In this document: positions 56,632 to 64,000 of the stretch, piece by piece | Position numbering within the stretch: position 1 is the stretch's first letter | How the letters are laid out: the number at the start of each line of letters is the position of its first letter | Source of the DNA: an uncultured Rhodospirillaceae bacterium | Lineage (GTDB): Bacteria; Pseudomonadota; Alphaproteobacteria; Rhodospirillales; UBA2165 | Assembly: GCA_964566055.1 (NCBI GenBank) | Contig: CAZMHI010000022.1 | Location: 213-64,212, forward strand | Length of the DNA stretch: 64,000 nt | Direction: 5' to 3' | Translations under genes and position numbers: made by a program | The notes under the pieces: model-generated | Database searches by the model: none | What the model was told of the DNA's origin: nothing | The model's input: the letters and a program-made list of their open reading frames with translations, nothing else

Positions 56632-58131
56632 ATGAAAATCACCTTTGCCAAACCAGGATTGCCCGCAACGGGAGTTGTTGTTGTCAGCGCCGGTGCCGGC
56701 AGCAAGCTGTCCGCCTCGACAGTTAAACTTGACAAAAAATCCGGTGGGGCGCTTAGCCGGGCCATTCGTGCCAGTGATTTCGAGGGTAAGAAGGACCAGT
56801 CACTGACTGTCATGGCGCTGGCTGGCACCAAATTGGACGAGGTAATGATTGTCGGCCTTGGCAAGGCAGGTGACGTCACTGAACTGGAGATGCAACGCCT
56901 TGGCGGGCGTATTTACGCCGGTACCAAGCAGGCAAAAAAAGGCAGCGTCACGGTAGCCGTTGATGCTATCACTGAGGCCAAAATGAGTGCCGCCGAGATG
57001 GCGGTAGAAATCGCCTTCGGTGCGACCCTTCGCTCCTACCGTTTTGACAAATATAAAACCAAGCAGAAGCCGGCAGACAAACCAAAAATTAAAACTCTAA
57101 CCATACAGTGCGCCGGCTTTGCCAAAGCCCGGAAAAAATACGCTGGCCTCGCCAAGGTTGCTGAAGGAGTATTTTTGACCCGTGATCTGGTTTCAGAACC
57201 GGGCAATGTGATTTATCCCGAAAGCTTGGCAAAGCAGGCAAAGACGCTCGAAAAATTGGGTGTCAAAGTGCAAATTCTGGGTGAGTCGCAGATGAAGAAG
57301 CTCGGCATGGGGGCTTTGCTCGGAGTTGGCCAGGGCAGTGCCCGCGAATCTAAGCTGGTTGTTATGCAATGGCTGGGCGGCCCGAAAGGAAGAGGCAAAG
57401 CGGCTCAGCCGCTGGCCTTTGTCGGCAAAGGCGTCACCTTCGATACCGGAGGTATTTCACTTAAACCCAGGGAAGGTCTGGACATCTTGAAAATCGATAT
57501 GGCCGGATCCGGCGTCGTCATCGGCCTGATGAAGGCCTTGGCGGGGCGTAAAGCCAAGGTCAATGCGGTCGGCGTCATTGGCTGCGTGGAAAACATGCCG
57601 GGCGGCAATGCCCAGCGCCCGGGCGATATCGTCACCTCCATGTCCGGCCAAACCATCGAGGTCATTGACACCGATGCCGAGGGGCGCCTGGTGCTGGCCG
57701 ATGCGCTCTATTACGCCCAAACACGGTTCAAACCGAAACTCATGGTCAACCTGGCGACGCTGACCGGCGCGATCATGGTGGCGCTGGCCCATCACCATGC
57801 CGGCCTGTTCTCCAACAACGATCAATTGGCGGACCGCCTGACCAAAGCCAGTAATGAGGTTGATGAACGTCTGTGGCGGATGCCGCTCAGCAAAGATTAT
57901 GACAAAATGATCGATTCCAAAGTCGCCGACATGAAAAACCTCGCCGGCCGCCTCGGCGGCGCCATCACGGCGGCGCAATTCCTGCAACGCCATGTGGGCA
58001 AGACGCCCTGGGCGCATATCGACATTTCCGGCGTCTGGACGGAAACCGACAAGCCCACCGTGCCCGAAGGCGCCACCGGCTACGGCGTCCGCCTGCTCGA
58101 CCGGCTGGTGAGAAACCATTACGAAGGGTAG
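56632..58131 (+). CDS. pepA: M17 leucyl aminopeptidase paralogue
   Basis: VGKGVTFDTGG, KP, KIDM, DTDAEGRLVLAD, LATLTGA, WAHIDI. Confidence 0.9.
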   Translation: MKITFAKPGLPATGVVVVSAGAGSKLSASTVKLDKKSGGALSRAIRASDFEGKKDQSLTVMALAGTKLDEVMIVGLGKAGDVTELEMQRLGGRIYAGTKQAKKGSVTVAVDAITEAKMSAAEMAVEIAFGATLRSYRFDKYKTKQKPADKPKIKTLTIQCAGFAKARKKYAGLAKVAEGVFLTRDLVSEPGNVIYPESLAKQAKTLEKLGVKVQILGESQMKKLGMGALLGVGQGSARESKLVVMQWLGGPKGRGKAAQPLAFVGKGVTFDTGGISLKPREGLDILKIDMAGSGVVIGLMKALAGRKAKVNAVGVIGCVENMPGGNAQRPGDIVTSMSGQTIEVIDTDAEGRLVLADALYYAQTRFKPKLMVNLATLTGAIMVALAHHHAGLFSNNDQLADRLTKASNEVDERLWRMPLSKDYDKMIDSKVADMKNLAGRLGGAITAAQFLQRHVGKTPWAHIDISGVWTETDKPTVPEGATGYGVRLLDRLVRNHYEG

Positions 58132-58138
58132 GGCAGAC

Positions 58139-59164
58139 ATGTCAGCAGAATTAACCACGATTGAACCGACAATAGATTTCTCCGCCATAGGAGAGCACAA
58201 AGGTTTTTTGAATCTACCGCACTCCATTCACCGGTCTGGTTCACATAACATACCAATACCTGTGGTGAGTTTTAAAAATGGGACAGGCCCGACTGTCTTG
58301 CTCACCGCCGGCACCCATGGCGACGAATATGAGGGCCAGGTCACCCTGACCAAACTGGTCAAGGAAATCACGCCGGACCGGGTCACTGGACAGATCATCA
58401 TCGTGCCCATGACCAACTTTCCTGCTGCCAAAGCCGGCCTCCGAACATCGCCCATCGATGATTTAAATTTAAACCGAGAGTTCCCCGGCGATCCATTTGG
58501 AACCCCAACCCGCCAAATCGCTCACTACGTTGAAACTGTTTTAATGGAGATGGCGGACTACGCCTTCGACATCCATTCCGGTGGATCATCGTCGCATTAT
58601 CTTACGACAATTTTGTTTCAAGGTAGCAAAACTGACGAAAAAAAGCAGGCCGAGCTAACCAAAATGGTGGAGGCAATCGGCGCCCCTTATGCTCTTGAAT
58701 TGCCATCGGGTGGCGTTAAGGGCAGCCGAGCTTCCATGTCTGCTGCTGCACGCCAGGGCACCATCGGCATCAGTGCCGAATTTGGCGGTTCTGGGACAGT
58801 AACGCCAGAAAGTCTTGAAAGCTGTGAAGTTGGTGTACGGCGTTATTTAAGCCATTTGGGCGTATGGACCCCCGAGACACCGCCATCAGTCGCCAAACCA
58901 GGAGGCACAGAATTTTTTGATGGGACCATAAAAAATCTTGATGTTCATGCCGAACTGAGTGGTTTGTTCGAACCGGTCGCCAAACTTGGTGACCGGGTAG
59001 AGATTGGCCAGACGGCTGGATTTCTCCATCACCCGGACACGCCCTGGCAAGTTGCCGAGGAAATAAAGTTTGAAGCCACGGGCGTGGTCATGTCCAAGCG
59101 AATTCCCGGATTAGTCGAACGTGGAGATGGCTTGTTCAAACTCGGGGCACCGGTCGCAACTTAA
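58139..59164 (+). CDS. Succinylglutamate desuccinylase/aspartoacylase family deacylase (DoeB-like)
   Basis: AGTHGDEYEG, NLNREFPG, DIHSGG, AEFGG. Confidence 0.9.
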   Translation: MSAELTTIEPTIDFSAIGEHKGFLNLPHSIHRSGSHNIPIPVVSFKNGTGPTVLLTAGTHGDEYEGQVTLTKLVKEITPDRVTGQIIIVPMTNFPAAKAGLRTSPIDDLNLNREFPGDPFGTPTRQIAHYVETVLMEMADYAFDIHSGGSSSHYLTTILFQGSKTDEKKQAELTKMVEAIGAPYALELPSGGVKGSRASMSAAARQGTIGISAEFGGSGTVTPESLESCEVGVRRYLSHLGVWTPETPPSVAKPGGTEFFDGTIKNLDVHAELSGLFEPVAKLGDRVEIGQTAGFLHHPDTPWQVAEEIKFEATGVVMSKRIPGLVERGDGLFKLGAPVAT

Positions 59165-59229
59165 ATCCAGGCGTAGGATTAAAGTCCTTAATGATTTCAC
59201 GCTAGGGCCTCAAAGTCGCCGTCAAAAAA

Positions 59230-60360
59230 TCAGGTGGATATTTTGGCTAACGTTTCCAAGAACCTGTCATTCTGTTCCGGACGGCCCGTCGTGACGCGGA
59301 GGGATCCGTCGGATGAAATGCCTAAGGAACTTTTTACAAAAATGCCTGTTTCCCTGAGTTGGTTCTGTACGGCGACAGCCTGATCCATTTGATCAAAATA
59401 GATACAGGTAAAATTACCGCCTGATTTGAAGAATCTGAAGCCTCGCGCCGCCAGTCCCTTTTCGACCCGGCTTTTCTCGCGCTTGATCGCCTCCAAATAG
59501 GTCGCCTTGTGATCCTGGTCCCGCCACGCAGCGAGAGCAGCTTTTTGGGCCAATAGTCCGACATTGAATACCGTGTCGGCGCTGGCAAAACGGCCGGCGA
59601 ATTCCGGGGAATAACAGATGCCATAGCCAACCCTCATGGCGGCCAATCCGTATGCTTTGGAAAACGTACGAAGAATTACATATGGCCGTCCAGCCGCCTC
59701 TAGAATTTTCCAGCAGTCTGGAAAATCGTTGTAGCTGCTGCCGAATTCACCATAGGCCTCGTCGATAACAAAAAGCGACTCGTCGGACGAAGCCTCGGCG
59801 ATTGCCGTCAATTCATCGGCTGTAAAATAGGTGCCCGTGGGATTGTTGGGACCACAAAGATAAATTAGACGCGGTTTCTGCTTAACGGCGCGGCAAAAAA
59901 CCTCGGCATCGTATGTCAGATCGTCTCCATAGGGCACACGGACAACGTCTCCCCCGGCCACCCGGGTTAGAATTTCCACGATTGGGAAACTTGGCTGCAA
60001 GGTGACGACTTTATCGCCGGACCGAATACAAAGGTCGATGATCGTTCTCAATATCGCTTCCGAGCCATTACCGAACAGTAACCGGCCACCGTCAACATCA
60101 AGGCCGGCGCTGAGCTCTTCGCGCAAAATTGTATTGGTATTGTCGGGATACAAGTTGACGCTTGCCACCGCTTCGCTGATTGCTTCAATAGCCTTTGGGC
60201 TCGGGCCATATAGATTTTCATTACTGCCCAGTCTGAGCACTTCGATTTCCGGGTTTAACCGGGCAACTTCATCATATTTGATACCGGTTTTATAGGGTGG
60301 CAGATCGGTAATTTCGGGCCTGAAGAATGCCATTGGATCTATTTGGGATAGATTGCTCAT
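59230..60360 (-). CDS. HisC-family PLP aminotransferase (possibly aromatic amino acid aminotransferase)
   Basis: LGSNEN..GPSP, YPD, NGSE, PNNPTG, DEAYGEF, RTFSKAYGLAAMRVGY. Confidence 0.9.
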   Translation of the reverse strand: MSNLSQIDPMAFFRPEITDLPPYKTGIKYDEVARLNPEIEVLRLGSNENLYGPSPKAIEAISEAVASVNLYPDNTNTILREELSAGLDVDGGRLLFGNGSEAILRTIIDLCIRSGDKVVTLQPSFPIVEILTRVAGGDVVRVPYGDDLTYDAEVFCRAVKQKPRLIYLCGPNNPTGTYFTADELTAIAEASSDESLFVIDEAYGEFGSSYNDFPDCWKILEAAGRPYVILRTFSKAYGLAAMRVGYGICYSPEFAGRFASADTVFNVGLLAQKAALAAWRDQDHKATYLEAIKREKSRVEKGLAARGFRFFKSGGNFTCIYFDQMDQAVAVQNQLRETGIFVKSSLGISSDGSLRVTTGRPEQNDRFLETLAKIST

Positions 60361-60391
60361 TGTTGTCCCTCCGCGGTTAGGTAACCGAGTT

Positions 60392-60485
60392 TTTGGATGT
60401 CTTTTATTCTAAATATCAACATCAGATCTGTAATATGAGAACTTGACCGGAGGCTATCAGTTCTACTTATAGGAAGGGATTGGGG
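60392..60485 (-). repeat. 94-bp inverted repeat, copy 2 (promoter of the aminotransferase)
   Basis: 87/94 identical to 53688-53781 in opposite orientation; contains the LysR-2 box. Confidence 0.95.
60451..60471 (-). promoter_or_regulatory. LysR-2 box upstream of the aminotransferase
   Basis: TATAA-GTAGAAC-TGATAGCCT on the minus strand. Confidence 0.75.
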
Positions 60486-60496
60486 TACCGGAAGAC

Positions 60497-62011
60497 CTAC
60501 CCGCCAACCATCTTGCGGACTTCGAATTTCTGCACTTTGCCCATGGCGTTGCGGGGCAGATCGTCGACAAACAGCACTTCTTTGGGATGTTTGAAGCGGG
60601 CGAGGTTGTCCTGAAAGCGCTTGAGGAAATCTACTTCGGAAAGGCTTATGCCTTCCTTCAAGATCACCACGGCAAGCGGTATTTCCCCCCATTTATCATC
60701 CGGCTTACCGACGACGACACCATCTTCAACATCCGTCATTTCGTGAATAAAGGCTTCAACTTCGGCGGGGTAAATGTTTTCACCACCGGAGATGATCATG
60801 TCTTTCTTGCGGTCGTTGACCCAGAGATCACCGTCCTCATCAAGATAGCCAACATCACCGGTTAAAAACCAGCCATCTTTGATCGAGTCCCTGGTGGCAT
60901 CAGGGTTGTTCCAATATTCGATAAAGATATTACCGCCCTTCACCGCAATCTCACCCGACTGGCCTTGCGGCAGTTCATTGCCCTGATCATCGACAATCTT
61001 CATTTCCGAATGCAGCCCAGCCTTTCCCGCCGAGCCCGGTTTGGCAAAAGCACTTTCCGGGTTTTGGTATATGACAATCGGGCCGGTTTCAGTTGAGCCA
61101 TACACTTGAGGGGCTGGCACACCCCGGCTCTGTAAAGCTTCAATTTGTGGTAACGGCACCATGGAAGAGCCGATAGCAACACTCCTGAGGCTTGAGATAT
61201 CGGCCTCCGGCCATTCAGGAACCGAGAAAATAGCTTGTAAGGCCGCCGGCACCAATACGGCCAGATCAGGGCGGCCCTCGACAATCGCCTTCAAAGTCGC
61301 TTGCGGCTCGAACTTCCTGTGCAGGGTGACCGTGGCGCCGGCGTAAAAGGCCGGGGTGGTCTGAATGTTGAGACCACCCACATGGAACATCGGCAAGACG
61401 GTTAGAATATGATCGTTCATGCTCATCTGCGAATAATGCACGCTGTTATAGGCATGGACTTGCATATTTTCCTGGGTCAGCACCGCACCCTTGGGACGCC
61501 CGGTGGTACCGGAGGTGTAGACCAGCATAAACGGCAGATCCAGGGTCACATCCGGATTACTATCGTCACCATCGGATGCTGACAGTTCGGCTGCCAAATC
61601 ACGCCACTCGGGGTCCTCAAAATCATTGGCAACCAACGTGCACTCCGGAATATCGTCCCGGATCGTATCGGCATTGCCGCGAAACTCTTCATCAGAGATC
61701 AGCACTTTAGCGCCGGAATCCTGCAACATGAAGAGATGCTCAGGCGCTGTCAGACGCCAGTTGAGCGGTGAGAAAATAGCCCCTAAGCGTGCGCAGGCAA
61801 AAAAAGTACAGAGCAGGCTCGGTGTGTTCGCGCCCAGGAACGCGACGCGGTCACCGGGCAGGACACCAAAGTTGTGCTTCAGGGTCCGTGCGTAAACATG
61901 AATCTGGTGATCAAATTCACTGTAGGTAATGTCCTGACCTTCAAACCGGATAGCGGTTTTACCTGGCGAAAAATCAGCATTCTTAGAAACCCAGAAGGAT
62001 AGGTCGTTCAT
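60497..62011 (-). CDS. Acyl-CoA synthetase (long-chain/aromatic acid CoA ligase family)
   Basis: YTSGTTGRPKG, YGSTE, TGD, DRKKDMIISGGENIYPAE, LPRNAMGKV. Confidence 0.9.
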   Translation of the reverse strand: MNDLSFWVSKNADFSPGKTAIRFEGQDITYSEFDHQIHVYARTLKHNFGVLPGDRVAFLGANTPSLLCTFFACARLGAIFSPLNWRLTAPEHLFMLQDSGAKVLISDEEFRGNADTIRDDIPECTLVANDFEDPEWRDLAAELSASDGDDSNPDVTLDLPFMLVYTSGTTGRPKGAVLTQENMQVHAYNSVHYSQMSMNDHILTVLPMFHVGGLNIQTTPAFYAGATVTLHRKFEPQATLKAIVEGRPDLAVLVPAALQAIFSVPEWPEADISSLRSVAIGSSMVPLPQIEALQSRGVPAPQVYGSTETGPIVIYQNPESAFAKPGSAGKAGLHSEMKIVDDQGNELPQGQSGEIAVKGGNIFIEYWNNPDATRDSIKDGWFLTGDVGYLDEDGDLWVNDRKKDMIISGGENIYPAEVEAFIHEMTDVEDGVVVGKPDDKWGEIPLAVVILKEGISLSEVDFLKRFQDNLARFKHPKEVLFVDDLPRNAMGKVQKFEVRKMVGG

Positions 62012-63387
62012 TAACTCCCCCCAATATTCGAATAGGTAATAGTATCACCGGACTGATCTGAAACAGTAACTTCTGTACCTGTCTTGTACCAGCCATCAGC
62101 GGTCCAAGCCGCCGCATTGGCTTTTGAATTTGCCAGATAACCGGCAATCACCGACGGCCCTCTAATTTGCAGTTCGCTGGCTTCATCATCAGCGACCCGG
62201 GCTTCAACACCGGGAAGTGCCGTAAAAGTATGATCATCCCCAGCTATCAGAACAGCCAGCGTGTCGCTTTGACCCCAGATAAGAAATTTATGGTCGGCTC
62301 GGGAAATCTCCAGCCAGCCATGGTCTGTTTGTGTCACGGCGTGCGTGGCATTGGCGGCATCAAACGTTACTGCCACCCCGGCGGCAAAAGCGCTCATCAC
62401 CAAAGCCAGGCTCATACTGCCTACCGGCAGAGCTGATAGATCAAGTTGAGCGTCCGGCGTCAATTTCAGGTGCGATACGATATTGCGGGCGGTGCTCAGC
62501 ATATTTTGATGAGTGAGAATACCGGCTTTGACTTGCTCGTTTTCAACCATACTGGCTGTCAGCAAAATGGGATCTGCGGCAGCTTGGACATACTTTGGCC
62601 GGTCGGGCAGATCTGTCTCAATCAGGTCACTATAAGCAACTGCACCGTCTGGTGTCTCTCCTGCCGTACTTTCACAAACCACGACATGAGATTTACAATG
62701 GCCCACTATTTCACCGACCTCAAAACCACTCAAGGAAGGATCTAGCGGCAGCAAAACAGCCCCAATTTGAGCGCTGGCAAAAATGCTGATGATAAGTTCC
62801 GGACCCATCGGCAACAAAGCGCCGACAACATCGCCGCGCCCAACTCCGGCCTTAGCCAAACCAGCAGCCATCCGGTCCGCAAGCTGACCCAATTGTTTGT
62901 AGGAAACCGTCTCAGCCGCAGAAACAATCGCCGGTCCATCTTGATTTGCCGCCACCAGTAAATCGCCAGGGGTCTCATCGGACCACAAACCATCCTCAAT
63001 ATATTTTTTGACTTGCGAGGACGCGAAATGCATGGCGAGACGTAGCGCTACAGCGTCGTCACTCATTTCAAACTTTTCTTCCGGATCCTGATAGCGGTCT
63101 TCCCGGTAGCGCAAGCCGCCACCGAGGCGGTAGAGTTTGCGGTATTGGTTGAGACGGAATACGCGGCGCTCGGTGATATTGCGGATGAAGGTAACCTGTT
63201 CAACAGCCAAGCCGGTTTTGACGGCAATTTCTGGATCGTTGAGCCCGGTAGCTTCCCGCTGTTCAAGCCAAGCCTTGTGATCAAGATTGCGGATCGGATC
63301 ACCCCGGCGGGTTTGTTTGTTGAGGCTGAGATCGAAAATCAACTCACCATAGGTGTCGATCATTTGTTCTGAGACGCCGTAGGGCAT
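62011..63387 (-). CDS. HTH-like domain fused to a degenerate, truncated adenylation (AMP-binding) domain
   Basis: GLNDPEIAVKTGLAVEQV HTH-like segment; ANL N-lobe features (SY..L...ADR.A.GL...GVGRGD.V); P-loop degenerate; ends after GWYKTG. Confidence 0.7.
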   Translation of the reverse strand: MPYGVSEQMIDTYGELIFDLSLNKQTRRGDPIRNLDHKAWLEQREATGLNDPEIAVKTGLAVEQVTFIRNITERRVFRLNQYRKLYRLGGGLRYREDRYQDPEEKFEMSDDAVALRLAMHFASSQVKKYIEDGLWSDETPGDLLVAANQDGPAIVSAAETVSYKQLGQLADRMAAGLAKAGVGRGDVVGALLPMGPELIISIFASAQIGAVLLPLDPSLSGFEVGEIVGHCKSHVVVCESTAGETPDGAVAYSDLIETDLPDRPKYVQAAADPILLTASMVENEQVKAGILTHQNMLSTARNIVSHLKLTPDAQLDLSALPVGSMSLALVMSAFAAGVAVTFDAANATHAVTQTDHGWLEISRADHKFLIWGQSDTLAVLIAGDDHTFTALPGVEARVADDEASELQIRGPSVIAGYLANSKANAAAWTADGWYKTGTEVTVSDQSGDTITYSNIGGS

Positions 63388-63389
63388 GC

Positions 63390-64000
63390 TTAAGAGCCTC
63401 CCTTTTGAGCGGCTTCTCGGGCAGCGGCGCCCCGGCGGATCGGATCAACGCCTTCGCTTTGCGTGGCGATCGGGCAAACCCGCATACACTCAAAGCATTG
63501 CGCATTGGTATCAACACCGGCTGTCGCTTTGTAGAAAAAAGACTGAGCCTCAGCGCCATAGAGCGTTTCCTCACGGGAGAGCTGATCATCGGCCTCAAAA
63601 GCGCGCTCCATCATGGTCGGCATGTTTTCATATTGCTGGCAGAGCTCGGCGCAGCGATACATATCAAAATTCATTTCAGCGACGCTGCCGTCCTCATTCA
63701 ACTCACCGCTCAGACATTGCACTGGGCAATATTTTTGACAAGGTGTTTGGCCGGACTCATTATAAAGCTTCACACAGGATGGCGCCGGGCACGGATTTTC
63801 CTTCATCGGCTCATCCGCCGGCAGGGGCATTTCGGTATAGACCGAGCCGTAATAGAGCATGCCGAATTCCGGGTGCAGCAGGATATCTCCGGCCAGTGAC
63901 CGCGCGCCGGTACCAGCCAGCTCAGCATGCAATTTCAGACTTTGCATCGGCATTCTGGCGCCGAATTCCGGGTCCACATGAGGCGGGCAGTAAATCGAGC
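63390..64000 (-). CDS. QueG/reductive-dehalogenase-like 4Fe-4S protein, 5-prime end outside window
   Basis: SLKLHAELAGTG...LLHPEFG..Y.GSV.TE.PL, C-x4-C-x11-CxxxCP and C-x3-C...CxxCxxxCP; frame stays open to the window edge (SIYCPPHV...). Confidence 0.7.
   Translation of the reverse strand, partial: SIYCPPHVDPEFGARMPMQSLKLHAELAGTGARSLAGDILLHPEFGMLYYGSVYTEMPLPADEPMKENPCPAPSCVKLYNESGQTPCQKYCPVQCLSGELNEDGSVAEMNFDMYRCAELCQQYENMPTMMERAFEADDQLSREETLYGAEAQSFFYKATAGVDTNAQCFECMRVCPIATQSEGVDPIRRGAAAREAAQKGGS

Noticed and set aside
1-64000. CRISPR arrays, tRNA/rRNA genes, IS elements, prophage
   Set aside because: No regularly spaced repeats, cloverleaf signatures, transposase, integrase or phage genes seen on either strand

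Overview
64-kb window of an alphaproteobacterial-looking chromosome (Rhodospirillales-like gene content; taxonomy is inference). It holds almost only accessory catabolic, transport and glycan genes. I found no rRNA, tRNA, CRISPR, integrase or transposase. Five blocks: (1) 1-16.1 kb: Zn-ADH, amidase, an HmfABC-like Mo-hydroxylase with a divergent aryl-CoA ligase, and a LysR regulon with three visible boxes (ComDE-like TPP decarboxylase, thioesterase, CocE/NonD hydrolase, DUF2848, cupin). (2) 16.2-30.9 kb: a lower-GC GDP-sugar island with Gmd, three Fcl-like SDRs that all lack the YxxxK tyrosine, two split TPP enzymes (transketolase N/C and E1 alpha/beta without E2/E3), a TylF methyltransferase, a Nudix hydrolase, a B12 radical SAM enzyme and two glycosyltransferase-like proteins. 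This is the best candidate for an undescribed branched-sugar pathway. (3) 30.9-43.3 kb: a MarR regulon with four boxes, two UbiD paralogues, an orphan Mo large subunit, an HMPD-decarboxylase-like class II aldolase, a TPP enzyme and a fused TctAB transporter. (4) 43.4-60.4 kb: a stand-alone PaaA/BoxB-like ferritin-fold gene with an altered metal motif behind a Fur-box promoter, then a second LysR regulon with four boxes (TAXI-TRAP, Dpp-type ABC, two leaderless arylsulfotransferases, TPP enzyme, altered PepA, deacylase, aminotransferase). This block carries duplication scars: a 94-bp inverted repeat and LysR and HisC-family gene remnants missed by the ORF track. (5) 60.5-64 kb: acyl-CoA ligase, an HTH fused to a degenerate adenylation domain, and a QueG/RdhA-like Fe-S protein cut by the window edge. 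All family assignments come from motif recognition and recalled family knowledge; no database search was run.
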